NCBI GenBank assembly: GCA_963813155.1
Contig: CAWEYG010000006.1
Span: 1 to 64,000, forward strand
DNA length: 64,000 nt
Reading direction: 5' to 3'
Source: an uncultured Acidobacteriota bacterium
Lineage (GTDB): Bacteria; Acidobacteriota; Thermoanaerobaculia; UBA5066; DATFVB01
A program made the translations under genes and the position numbers. Every line of letters begins with the position of its first letter. The stretch's first letter is position 1. The notes under the pieces were generated by a model. It had not been told where the DNA came from, made no database searches, and saw only the letters and a list, made by a program, of their open reading frames with translations. Shown one piece after another: positions 1-9,719 of the stretch.

Positions 1-430
1 CCTCTTCCCTGCTTGTCGAGTTTTCCGGAGAGATCGATTTTCGGGCGGTCGAAGCCGCCTTCCACGAATTCTCGATTCTCGGTGTCACTCCCGTCATCGC
101 GCATCCCGAGCGGTCGGCCATCTTTTCTCTCGAGCCGGAGAGGCTCGCGCGCCTGGTGGAGCTCGGAGCCCGGGTTCAAGTGACGGCGGGCGCGATCGCC
201 GGGGACTTCGGTTCGAGGGCCGGCGCCGGCGTGCCGAGAAGTTCTTCGAGCTCGGCCTCGTCCACCTCGTCGCCTCGGACGCTCACTCCCTCAAGGCCCG
301 TCCTCCGCGTCTCGCGGCCGCCCGCGAGGCCGTCCGGCGGAAGTGGGGCCCGGAAACGGAGGAGGGGATCTTCGAAGCGAATCCGCTCGCGTTGATCGAG
401 GGGCGGCCGCTGCCGTGGGTGAGGGCGTGA
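1..430 (+). CDS. CpsB/CapC/YwqE-type PHP tyrosine phosphatase, 5'-truncated by the window edge, one frameshift near 230
   Basis: Manual translation gives VTPVIAHPER...VQVTAGAIAGDFG, then in another frame LVHLVASDAH...NPLALIEG and TGA at 428-430. AHPER and SDAH are PHP metal-binding motifs of capsule phosphatases. Confidence 0.85.
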   Translation, partial: LFPACRVFRRDRFSGGRSRLPRILDSRCHSRHRASRAVGHLFSRAGEARAPGGARSPGSSDGGRDRRGLRFEGRRRRAEKFFELGLVHLVASDAHSLKARPPRLAAAREAVRRKWGPETEEGIFEANPLALIEGRPLPWVRA

Positions 431-446
431 AGCTGCTGACTTCGTG

Positions 447-538
447 CGTCATTGCGATTTGGAGCGCGGCTTGCCGCGCGACGCGGCAATCTGCCCGAAG
501 TTCCCGGATCAGATTGCTTCGCTGACGCTCGCAATGAC
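447..538. repeat. Palindromic intergenic element, family B (GTCATTGCG...CGCAATGAC)
   Basis: Terminal inverted repeats gtcattgcga / tcgcaatgac. Homologous copies at 30781-30905 and 33063-33558. Confidence 0.8.
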
Positions 539-558
539 AGGCTCGGATTTCGGACGCG

Positions 559-2329
559 ATGAATCCAACCTCCCGCCTCTCCACCCCCCTCTCCCTCCTC
601 TTGGCTTCCGTCTCTCTCTCCCTCGCGTTCGTCTCGATCCGGGTCTATCAGCGCGAGCTGTCGACTCGGCGGCGAACGGAAGAGTTCTTCTCGCGATTCA
701 CGCTCGATGCCCGGCGGCCTCTCGATTGGGAATCGCTTTCGCTCTCCCCGTCGGGGGACTGGACGGCCGGCATCGCGGCGTCGAGCTCGCTCTCCGACGC
801 GACGGAAGACGTCTCTCTCTCGCAGATGAGCCCGCAGATGCGGACGCTCTGGCTCGACAGCGCTTCGAAGGTCGGCGACGAGCTGGCCGCCGCGGAGGTC
901 CTCGTCCGGCAGGCGATCGCGGAGCGGCCCGGCTGGGCCTACTACCGATTTCTGCTCGGTGAGCTCGTCTACGTCCGGATGAACCGCGAGCAGGATCGCG
1001 ATCTCGCCCTGCACCCGGAGAGATGGGCGGTCCCCTTGAGAGAAGCCGCCGTGGGAGCCTCGGGCGACGACTGGATCTGGCGTTTCCTGGCCGGCTCGTA
1101 TCTCGAAACGTGGCAGGTCGTTCCGGAATCCGCGAGACCCGACGCCGCCGAGGTTCTCAAGCGCGGCTTTTTCGACCCCGACTTCGTCTCGTCCGGTCTG
1201 GCGTCGGCGATCCTCCTTCTCGGCCGCGACCGGGCGATCGGCCTCGTCCCGGACGAGGCCGCCTCTCTGAAGACCGCATTTTCGGTGCTTGCGGGCCGAG
1301 GGCGATATCGAGGGCGCCGCTCTTCTCGAGCGGCGGCTCGAGAGCGCCGAGAGGGCGGCGCGGCACTCGGATCTGGCGAAGATCGACGAGCGCTTTCGGC
1401 TCGGAGATTCGGACGGCCTCGGGGCGGCGTGCAATGCCTGGATGTCGAGTCATTCGATCCTCGAGTTCGACGATCCTGCCGGGCGGCAGGACGTCGCTCG
1501 CGTCCTGGAGAGGTGGCCGCAGGACGACCCGGGCTCCTGGACCGCCGATCCCCGGGGCGCGATCGTTCGCTTTTTTCTCGACGGCCGCGAGAGCGACGCG
1601 CCGGCGAAAGGGCTCGAGCGCGCGGTCTCCGCGCTCGCCGGCGTGCCGGACTACGTTCAGGCCCGCGTCCTTCTTCTCTCGGGAGACGAGCCGGGCGCCG
1701 AGAACATGGCTCATCGCTCGCCGACGGCCGGTTCGTTCGAATGGACTCGATACGTGCTCGACCTCGCCCGGGCGTCTCTGCGCCGGGGAGACGCAGCGGC
1801 AGCGCGCCGAGCTCTCGAGCGCCTCCCTTCCGGGGCGCTCGGCGAATGCGGCGCTCTCATCGTGAGGCGGGACGTGGCTCTCGCCGTTGGGGATCGCGAT
1901 GCCGCTTCGTCTTCCGATCGCGACCTGACGGCGGCGACCGGACTCTCGCGCCCGCCCGATCCGAACGCGGGGTCGCGCGTGGTGTCGCCGTCCGAATGGC
2001 TCTCTCCCGGGACTCTCTCCCTCTGCATCGATCCCGTGCGCGCTCGCGGTCGCGTTCTGTCGGTCGACCTGAACATTGGTTCCAATTCGGAAATCCCGCA
2101 ATCCTCCGGGTCTCAAATCGCGCAATCGCGCAATCGCGCAATCGAGAAATCTCCCGCCCTCGCCCTCGTCTCCTACGGCTGGAACCAGGGGCGATCCGGG
2201 TCGCTCCTCGTGTCCGGACACGCGACCCTCACCGTTCCGCTCGACGGGTTCGAAGGAAGGCGCAATTTCTGGGTGCGGGCGACCCTGGGAAGTTCCGTGG
2301 AGGCTTCGGCGAGCCTGATAGCGAAGTGA
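559..2329 (+). CDS. Hypothetical membrane-anchored helical (TPR-like) protein, frameshift near 1290
   Basis: ORF 559 has an N-terminal hydrophobic segment and protein-like sequence to about 1290, then continues in ORF 1289..2329. Confidence 0.6.
2084..2155. repeat. Intragenic 8-bp tandem repeat (AATCGCGC)n
   Basis: Three perfect AATCGCGC units at 2116-2139 plus degenerate flanking units. Confidence 0.85.
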
Positions 2330-2357
2330 TTGGAAATTCAGCGAGATCTGCTAGAAT
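2330..2357 (+). promoter_or_regulatory. Putative sigma70 promoter for the antiterminator gene
   Basis: TTGGAA (2330-2335), 16-bp spacer, extended -10 TGcTAGAAT (hexamer 2352-2357), 10 nt before ATG 2368. Confidence 0.5.
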
Positions 2358-2367
2358 CGTTCATCCA

Positions 2368-2949
2368 ATGGCGATCCTCAAGCGTGAGCCGGAGTTCTTT
2401 CCGGAGGGGCTCTTTGAATTCGACACGGCGGATCACCCGTGGTGGGTCGCCCGGGTCCGATCGCGCCACGAGAAGGCGCTTGCGCGCCATCTGCTCCCGT
2501 TCGGGGTTCCCTTCTATCTCCCTCAATCTGAGCAGCTTGTTCGCCGCGGGAATCGAACCTTCACGTCGTACCTGCCTCTTTTTTCCGGATATGTCTTTTT
2601 TCGCGGAAAACGCGAGGAGAGGATCGTTGCGCTCCAGAGCCAGGTCGTGAGCGAGGTGCTCGCGGTTCGGGATCAGGATCGGCTCGAGGCGGAGTTGCTT
2701 CAGCTGCGCCGGTTGCAGCTTTCCGGCGCGTCGCTCGTCCCTTTGAGGACATTCGCTCCCGGTGAATCCGTCGTCGTGACCGAAGGCCCGTTTCGCGGGT
2801 ATGAAGGGGTGGTCGTTCGCGACAAGGGGAAGAGCCGGCTGATCGTTTCGATCTCGCTTCTGAGAAAGGCGGTTGCCGTGGAGTTGCGCGCCGATGCGCT
2901 CATGTCTTCGGCGGCTCGACGTCTCGGAAGCTCGGCCGCGGTCGCCTAG
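2368..2949 (+). CDS. NusG-paralog transcription antiterminator (UpxY/RfaH-like)
   Basis: MAILKREPE...WWVARVRSRHEK...YLP...PLFSGYVF (NGN domain) and GESVVVTEGPFRGYEGVV (KOW), at the head of a polysaccharide operon. Confidence 0.9.
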   Translation: MAILKREPEFFPEGLFEFDTADHPWWVARVRSRHEKALARHLLPFGVPFYLPQSEQLVRRGNRTFTSYLPLFSGYVFFRGKREERIVALQSQVVSEVLAVRDQDRLEAELLQLRRLQLSGASLVPLRTFAPGESVVVTEGPFRGYEGVVVRDKGKSRLIVSISLLRKAVAVELRADALMSSAARRLGSSAAVA

Positions 2950-3053
2950 AGCGCCCGCGCCGGGGAGTCCCGATCCGGGGAGCGGAGTAGTCGGCGTGTA
3001 CACCGACAGGGGCGGAGCCTGCACAGATGATCACGCGAAGCGTAACCCAATTA

Positions 3054-3173
3054 CCCTCGCCCCGGGCAGCCTTCAGAAGCCGCGATGCGGGAGGGAGGAG
3101 CGCCGAAGGCGCGAAGGGTGAGGGAATCCCCCCTCACCCGCGCTTCGCTTGCCCTCTCCCGCCGGGAGAGGGG
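3054..3173. repeat. Family A hairpin repeat (CCCTCACC / CCCTCTCCC..GGGAGAGGG), composite copy
   Basis: gggtgagggaatccccctcacccg and gccctctcccgccgggagagggg hairpins. Confidence 0.75.
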
Positions 3174-3191
3174 AATTGAATTGACTCGCAA

Positions 3192-4241
3192 TTGAGAACT
3201 CAAAATTCCCCCTACTGGCCCCACCGCCGCGTTCTCGTCACGGGCGGAGCCGGGTTTCTCGGCTCGCACGTCGTGCGAAAGCTGACGGCAGCCGGAGCGG
3301 CGGTCTTTGCGCCGGCGAGAGAAGAGTACGACCTCCGGCACCGCGAGAGCTGCGAAGCCGTCGTTCGAGATCATGATCCCGAGACGATCATTCACCTCGC
3401 GGCCGTCGTCGGGGGGATCGGAGCCAATCGAGCCCGGCCGGGAGCGTTCTTCTACGAGAACGCGATCATGGGCATTCAATTGGTCGAGGAGGCGCGCCGC
3501 CACTGGGAGGCGACGCCGTCCCGATTCGCCGGCAGGAAATTCACGTGCCTGGGAACCGTCTGCGCCTATCCGAAATTCACGCCCGTTCCGTTCCGGGAAG
3601 AAGATCTCTGGAACGGCTACCCGGAGGAGACGAATGCGCCTTACGGCCTCGCGAAGAAAATGCTGCTCGTCCAGCTCCAGGCCTACGCGGAGGAATACGG
3701 CTTCCCGGGTATCTACCTGCTTCCGGTGAATCTGTACGGCCCCGGAGACAACTTCGATCTCGAAACGGGCCACGTCATTCCGGCCATGATCCGCAAGTTT
3801 CTCGAAGCGAAGGGCGCCGCTTCTCCCGAAGTCGTTCTCTGGGGAGACGGCTCGCCGACGCGGGAGTTTCTTTACGTCGAAGACGCCGCGGAAGGAATTC
3901 TGGCCGCGGCCGAACGGCTCGAGAGCCCCGATCCCGTCAATCTCGGATGCTCGAACGAAATCGGAATGAAGGAGCTCGCCGAGACGATCCGGCGGCTGAC
4001 GGCGTACGAGGGTCGGATCCTGTGGGACGCCTCCCGGCCCAACGGTCAGCCCCGGAGAAAACTCGACGTCTCGCGGGCGGAATCTCTCTTCGGGTGGAAG
4101 GCGACGACGCCGTTCGAGGAAGGGCTGAAGAAGACGATCCAGGCGTTCGTGGAGGGACGCGCGTCAAACCATCACCCCCGACTCACGCCACCCCCTCTCC
4201 AGCTGGAGAGGGGGAAGGGGGGTGAGGTAATTCACAGATGA
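3192..4241 (+). CDS. fcl: GDP-L-fucose synthase (Fcl/WcaG family)
   Basis: TGGAGFLG, HLAAVVGGIGAN, GTVCAYPK, YGLAKK, PVNLYGPGDNFD, HVIPAMIRKF, WGDGSPTREFLYV, GQPRR. Confidence 0.92.
   Translation: MRTQNSPYWPHRRVLVTGGAGFLGSHVVRKLTAAGAAVFAPAREEYDLRHRESCEAVVRDHDPETIIHLAAVVGGIGANRARPGAFFYENAIMGIQLVEEARRHWEATPSRFAGRKFTCLGTVCAYPKFTPVPFREEDLWNGYPEETNAPYGLAKKMLLVQLQAYAEEYGFPGIYLLPVNLYGPGDNFDLETGHVIPAMIRKFLEAKGAASPEVVLWGDGSPTREFLYVEDAAEGILAAAERLESPDPVNLGCSNEIGMKELAETIRRLTAYEGRILWDASRPNGQPRRKLDVSRAESLFGWKATTPFEEGLKKTIQAFVEGRASNHHPRLTPPPLQLERGKGGEVIHR
4168..4228. repeat. Family A hairpin repeat overlapping the fcl 3' end
   Basis: CACCCCCGACTCACGCCACCCCCTCTCCAGCTGGAGAGGGGG..GGTGAGG, near-identical to 5539-5597. 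Confidence 0.85.
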
Positions 4242-4248
4242 GCCTGCA

Positions 4249-5532
4249 ATGAAAGACACCGTCGGCGTCATCGGCCTCGGCTACGTGGGGCTCCCGCTCG
4301 CGCTTCTTTTCGAAGAAGGGGGCTGCCGCGTCCTCGGCTTCGACCTCGACGCCGAAAAAGTCGCGTCGCTCGCGGCGGGGCATTCCTACATTCGCCACAT
4401 CGGGAGCAGCCGGATCGCGGGGCCGGTCGGACGCGGAACCTTCCTGCCGACGAGCGATTTCGATCGCCTCGCGGAATGCGACGCGATCCTGATCTGCGTC
4501 CCCACGCCGCTCGGCCGTCATCGCGAGCCCGATCTGTCGTTCGTGCGCTCGACGGCGGACGAGATCGCGCGGCGCCTTCGGCCGGGGCAATTGATCGTGC
4601 TCGAATCGACCACGTACCCGGGAACGACACGCGAGGAGCTCCTCCCTCGATTCGAGGCTCGCGGGCTGCGGTGCGGATCGCGGACTTCTTCGTCGCGTTT
4701 TCGCCGGAGCGGGAAGATCCCGGCAATCAGAAATTTCCGACCCGGAAGCATTCCGAAAGTCGTCGGGGGGATCGACGAGCCGTCGCTGAACGCCGCGGTC
4801 CGGCTCTACTCGGCGGTGATGGAAACGGTCGTGCCGGTCTCGTCTCCCGAGGTCGCGGAGGCATCGAAGCTCCTGGAGAACATCTTCCGGTCGGTGAACA
4901 TCGCTCTCGTCAACGAGCTGAAGACGGTCTTCGCGCGGATGGGGATCGACGTCTGGGAGGTGATCGAGGCCGCGAAAACGAAGCCGTTCGGATTCATGGC
5001 GTTCTATCCGGGCCCGGGTCTCGGCGGGCATTGCATCCCGCTCGACCCGTTCTACATGGCCTGGAAAGCGGCGGAGACCGGAACGTGGGCGCGGTTCATC
5101 GAGCTCGCGGGGGAGATCAACTCCTCCATGCCGCGCTACGTGGCGCAGCGCACCGCGGAGGCGATCAACGCGCAGGGAAAGAGCGTCAAGGGGGCCCGCA
5201 TTCTCGTGCTCGGCCTCTCGTACAAGCCGGAGATCGACGACGACCGCGAATCGCCTTCCTTCGAGATCCTCGAGCTCTTTCGCGAGATGGGCGCGGAGAT
5301 CGCGTACTGCGATCCGCACATCCCGGCGGCCCGAAAAGGGCGACGGCATCGTCTGGATCTGAAATCCGTCCCGTGTTCCGCGGAAGAATTCGGAAAATAC
5401 GACGCGCTCGTGATCTCGACCGCGCACTCGCAATTCCTGGACCCGGAGCTCTATCGGAAGGCGAGTCTCGTCGTGGACACGCGCAACGCCCTGCACCTCG
5501 ACTTCACGCCGCCGGTGGTGGTGAAAGCCTGA
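4249..5532 (+). CDS. UDP-sugar 6-dehydrogenase (WbpA/WecC-like)
   Basis: GLGYVGLP, CVPTP, LESTTYPGTT, KLLENIFRSVNIALVNE, GPGLGGHCIP. FSPEREDPG lies in a neighbouring frame, so there are compensating indels at about 4675-4745. Confidence 0.9.
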   Translation: MKDTVGVIGLGYVGLPLALLFEEGGCRVLGFDLDAEKVASLAAGHSYIRHIGSSRIAGPVGRGTFLPTSDFDRLAECDAILICVPTPLGRHREPDLSFVRSTADEIARRLRPGQLIVLESTTYPGTTREELLPRFEARGLRCGSRTSSSRFRRSGKIPAIRNFRPGSIPKVVGGIDEPSLNAAVRLYSAVMETVVPVSSPEVAEASKLLENIFRSVNIALVNELKTVFARMGIDVWEVIEAAKTKPFGFMAFYPGPGLGGHCIPLDPFYMAWKAAETGTWARFIELAGEINSSMPRYVAQRTAEAINAQGKSVKGARILVLGLSYKPEIDDDRESPSFEILELFREMGAEIAYCDPHIPAARKGRRHRLDLKSVPCSAEEFGKYDALVISTAHSQFLDPELYRKASLVVDTRNALHLDFTPPVVVKA

Positions 5533-5538
5533 CGCGCA

Positions 5539-5597
5539 ACCTCACCCCCGGCTCACGCCACCCCCTCTCCATCTGGAGAGGGGGCCGGGGGAGAGGT
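5539..5597. repeat. Family A hairpin repeat
   Basis: CCTCACCCCCGGCTCACGCCACCCCCTCTCCATCTGGAGAGGGGG. Confidence 0.85.
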
Positions 5598-5651
5598 GAA
5601 GGGTCAACGTCCTGGAACTGGAGTCCTCTTGAGGTCAAGCGAAGGTTCCCC

Positions 5652-6622
5652 ATGACCCAAATCCCCGATTTCGACGGCGTTCCCGTGCTCGTCACCGGCG
5701 GCGCCGGATTCATCGGGTCGCATCTCGTGGACGCCCTCGTGGATCGCGGTGCGCGCGTCCGGGTGCTCGACGATCTCTCGACGGGACGGCGGTCCAATCT
5801 CGCGACGGAGTCCGACCGCATCGAATTCTTCGAGGGCGATATCCGCGATCTGGACGCCTGCCGGCGCGCGTGCGCGGGCGTGAAGTTCGTTTTTCACGAG
5901 GCCGCGCTCGGATCCGTGCCGAGATCGATGAAGGACCCGGCGACGAGCATTGCCGTGAATCTGGCCGGAACCGCGAACGTCTTTTCCGCCGCGCGCGACG
6001 AGTCGGTGAAGTACGGTCGTCTACGCCTCCTCCTCGAGCGTTTACGGCGATTCGGCCGCCCTGCCGAAGAGAGAAGGGGAGGAGGGCCGGCCGCTCTCTC
6101 CCTACGCGCTTTCGAAGAGCATGAACGAGAGTCTCGCGGAGTGCTTCGCGCAGGGTCTTTTCGATGAACGTCGTGGGACTGCGATACTTCAACGTCTACG
6201 GCCCGCGCCAGTCGCCCGACGGGCCGTACGCCGCCGTGATTCCGAGGTTTCTCCAGGCGATCGAGAAGGGCGCTCCGCTGACGATCTTCGGGGACGGCGA
6301 GCAGCGGCGCGACTTCACATTCGTCGCGGACGCGGTGTCGGCGAACCTCCTCGCCGCCGGCGCGCCGCCGACGCTCGCCGGCCGCGCGTTCAACGTCGCG
6401 GCCGGGGGAGAGATCTCCGTCAACGCTCTCGCGGAGCGGCTCTGCGAGCTCTCGGCCGCCCGGCCGGAGATCGTGCACCTGGCGCCGCGGGAAGGGGACG
6501 TGCGCGAGTCGAGAGCCGACCTGACGAAAGCGCGGCGCGATCTCGGGTATGAGCCGGCGGTGACTCTCGAAGAGGGGCTGCGGAGGACGGTGGAAGCGAA
6601 TCGTGAACTTCGAAGTAGTTGA
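5652..6622 (+). CDS. NAD-dependent epimerase, WbpP-like (UDP-GlcNAc/GlcNAcA 4-epimerase), frameshifted
   Basis: VTGGAGFIGSHL, HEAALGSVPRS, SPYALSK in a shifted frame, LRYFNVYGPRQ, YAAVIPRF, GDGEQRRDF. Confidence 0.85.
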
Positions 6623-6630
6623 ACTGTGAA

Positions 6631-6745
6631 TTGAGGGAAAACATTGTCCAGGAAATGAGCTTTCGATTCGCTGTCGAGCGTTGTCGCACTGAGCCGACAG
6701 CTTCACGCCGCCAAAGCATTCATTCTGGCAGATCAGTATTGGATG
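6631..6745 (+). pseudogene. N-terminal relic of a four-helix-bundle (23S rRNA IVS-type) protein
   Basis: Translation (L)RENIVQEMSFRFAV, then after one indel VVALSRQLHAAKAFILADQ. It resembles the family's typical N-terminus. No C-terminal half is present. Confidence 0.5.
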
Positions 6746-6811
6746 ACCAGCACGGCGCGTGTGCAGGGGCTCGCAGACGAGCCGCAATGGGTCATTGAGA
6801 CGCGTCGCGTC

Positions 6812-8846
6812 ATGTGCGGAATCTTTGGCTTCGTCGGCGACCCGGATCGGGCGAGAGCGATCGATCTCGAGGCCGCGCTGCGCTCGCTCCGCCACCGCGG
6901 GCCGGACGACTCCGGCGTGTATCGCAGTTGGGAAATTCCCGCTCTCCCGACGCTTCGGACTTGCCCTCTCCCTCGAGGGAGAGGGCGGGCGCCGAAGGCG
7001 ACCGGGTGAGGGGGCATTCGAGCAATTTCGCTAATCTCAGCAGTCTCAAGACTGTCGTCCTGCGCTTTCGCCCACACCCGGCTCGCCATCATCGACATCT
7101 CGGCGGCCGGGCATCAACCGATGACGACGCCCGACGGGCGGTACACGATCGTCTACAACGGCGAAGTCTTCAACTTCCGCGAGATCCGCGCCGACCTCGA
7201 GAATTCGAGCAATCGCGCAATCGAGCAATCGCGCAATGGTTTCCGTTCCAACTCCGACACCGAGGTCATCCTCCGCGCCTACGAGCGGTGGGGCGCCGAG
7301 TGCGTCGAACGCCTCCGAGGCATGTTCGCGTTCGCGATCTGGGACCGCGATGATCGGTCGCTCTTCCTCGCGAGGGACCGGGTCGGCATCAAACCGCTCT
7401 ATTACGTGGAGACGCCCGCAGGGCTTCGCGTTTTGCTTCCGAGGTACGGACGTTGCTAGGCGACGGGAACGGCCGCGCGGCGGCTCGATCCCGATTCGTT
7501 GCAGGGATACCTCGCGTTCGGCTCGGTGCCGGAGCCCGCGACCATTCTCGAAGGGGTCCGGGCGCTTCCTCCCGGTTCGAGCGCCGTGTTCCGGCGCGCG
7601 CAAATTCACGACTCGCCAGCTACTGGTCGCTGCCGGAGAAACACTCTTCCCTCGCGGCCCCCGATCTCCTGGACCTCCACTCGGCGCTTCGCGAGGCGGT
7701 TCGGCTGCGCCTGATCTCCGACGTTCCGCTCGGCGTCTTTCTCTCCGGCGGGATCGACAGCACGGCGATCGTCGCGCTCGCGGCCGCGGCCTCGGACATT
7801 CCGATCCAGACTTTCACGGTCACGTTCGACGAGGAGTCGTACAGCGAAGAGACGTTCGCGGCCGAGGTGGCGAGCCGATTCGGATGCGATCACCATGAGG
7901 TTCATCTGTCCGCCGACCGGGCAGCGACCGAAATCGACGGGGCGATCCGCGCGCTCGACCAGCCTTCCGCCGACGGCGTCAACACGTATTTCGTCGCGAA
8001 GGCCGCGCGAGAGGCGGGCCTCACGGTCGCGCTGTCCGGGCTCGGAGGGGACGAGCTCTTCGCGGGATATCGGAATTTCCGGAGCTTCGGAGCGATTCTC
8101 AAGGCGGGCGCAGCCGCCCGCGTTCTTCCCTTCGACGACGGCGGCCGCGGCGGAGGCGCGTTCGGCAGAGTTCCGCACCGGCTCCGAAAGCTGCGGGCTC
8201 TTCTCGCCGCCGGGGGCGATCCCGCCCGGTCGTACGCCGTCCTCCGCGGGATGTTCCTGCGCGACGAGCGCGAGTCGATTCTGGCGAGGGAGCTCTGCGC
8301 TTCGCCCGATCGGGGCGACGAAGCGGTTGCCCTGTCGGATTCCTCGCGAGGTTCGCGACTCTCGTGACCATCGCGACGCCGTAAATCTCTATTCGCGACT
8401 GGAGATCTCGAATTACCTTCGGAACACCCTCCTGCGCGACACCGATGCGATGAGCATGGCCAGTTCGTTGGAGGTCCGAGTTCCTTTCCTCGACCATCCG
8501 CTCCTGGAGGCCGTGCTCGCGATCCCGGGGAAGCGAAAAGATCGCCGGGCGGCACAACAAGCCGCTGCTGACGGCGGCGGTTCCGGAGATTCCACAGCAC
8601 ATCGTTCGACGGAAGAAGATGGGCTTCACTCTTCCGATGGACTCGTGGTTCCGGGGTCCCCTCCGGGAGTGGATGAGCGAGAGGCTCTCGGAGGAATCGA
8701 CGCGTTCCGTCGGGTTTCTGCGTCCGGAAGGCGTGTCGCGCCTCTGGAGCTCATTTCTTCGGGGAGAGCGGTATACCTCGTGGTCCCGCGTTTGGTGCGT
8801 GGCGGCCTTGGTTTCCTGGTGCCAGCGCAATGAGGTCCTGATATGA
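6812..8846 (+). CDS. asnB: Asparagine-synthase-like glutamine amidotransferase (polysaccharide amidation), multiple frameshifts
   Basis: MCGIFG, HRGPDD, RLAIID, YNGEVFNF, DTEVIL, GMFAFAIWD, RDRVGIKPLYY, FLSGGIDS, LSGLGGDELFAGY, SLEVRVPFLD, KMGF. Confidence 0.88.
6963..7014. repeat. Family A hairpin repeat inserted inside asnB
   Basis: GCCCTCTCCCTCGAGGGAGAGGGC..CGCCGAAGGCG..GGGTGAGGGG between the HRGPDD and RLAIID motifs. Confidence 0.8.
7203..7240. repeat. Intragenic 8-bp tandem repeat AATCG(C/A)GC
   Basis: attcgagc aatcgcgc aatcgagc aatcgcgc, translated as SSNRAIEQSRN. Confidence 0.8.
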
Positions 8847-9709
8847 GTGACCCGAAACGACTTGCGGCGACTACGCCAGACGCGGTTCAGCGCGGCAACC
8901 GGGAGTGGTGGACTCGCAACACCATGTCGTATGAGTGGGATGTCAAGGTGAAAAGCCGGCGGTTTTCCTTGGAGTGGTACGACGAGATCGACAAAAGATT
9001 TGTCAGCGCGAGTCGACTGTTTGCGACCGAAGAGGTTCCATTCGATCGCGTCATTCCGTTCGAAAGGCTACGGGGCGCCCGCGTGCTGGAGATTGGGTGC
9101 GGTATGGGGTTCCACACTGAATTGATGATCAGATCCGGCGCGATTGTCAGCGCGGTCGATCTGTCGCCGACCTCGATTGATGCCACTCGAAAAAGGCTCG
9201 AGCTCAAGGGTCTCACGGCGGATATTCGTCACTGCGATGCTGAGAGTCTTCCTTTCGAAGACAAGGCCTTCGATTTCGTCTGGTCCTGGGGGGTGATCCA
9301 CCACTCTGCCCACACCGCGAGGATCGTACGCCAGATCGCGCGGGTTCTGTCTCCCGCCGGTGAGGCCCGTGTGATGGTTTACAATCGGGAGGGCGCGGCA
9401 GCTTGGGCCGCGCTGCTCTTCGACTATTTCTTGAGACTTCGGTTTCGCTCGCGTACCTTCGACGAGGTTCTCTGGTCAAAGACCGACGGTTTCTCGGCCC
9501 GATTCTACGTTCGCGAACAGTTTGAAGACCTGCTTAGCGGCTTCTTCGGGGACGTTTCCGCGGAAGTGATGGGGCAGGATGCGGATGCCGTTCCGTTGCC
9601 GAGGCTTTTGCGCCGAGCGATTGTGCCTCTTCTGCCGACAACCAAATTGCGACAATGGCAGAGACAGAGAGGTTCGTTCATTTTTGCCCGAGCAAGTGCT
9701 CCCTTTTAA
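8843..9709 (+). CDS. Class I SAM-dependent methyltransferase
   Basis: VLEIGCGMG, DAESLPFEDKAFDFVWSWGVIHH. Confidence 0.88.
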   Translation: MSDPKRLAATTPDAVQRGNREWWTRNTMSYEWDVKVKSRRFSLEWYDEIDKRFVSASRLFATEEVPFDRVIPFERLRGARVLEIGCGMGFHTELMIRSGAIVSAVDLSPTSIDATRKRLELKGLTADIRHCDAESLPFEDKAFDFVWSWGVIHHSAHTARIVRQIARVLSPAGEARVMVYNREGAAAWAALLFDYFLRLRFRSRTFDEVLWSKTDGFSARFYVREQFEDLLSGFFGDVSAEVMGQDADAVPLPRLLRRAIVPLLPTTKLRQWQRQRGSFIFARASAPF

Positions 9710-9719
9710 AGGCGAAAGA

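Noticed and set aside
559-2949. 796-aa fusion of a membrane protein with a NusG domain
   Set aside because: The middle of that ORF is out-of-frame Arg-rich sequence. A frameshift near 1290 and a separate promoter and ATG at 2368 explain it.
6812-8846. AsnB homolog as a lasso cyclase for the YxxP-leader peptide
   Set aside because: It retains the N-terminal Cys glutaminase domain and sits 43 kb away among sugar genes. No B2 transglutaminase-like protease is present, and the core lacks an Asp/Glu acceptor.
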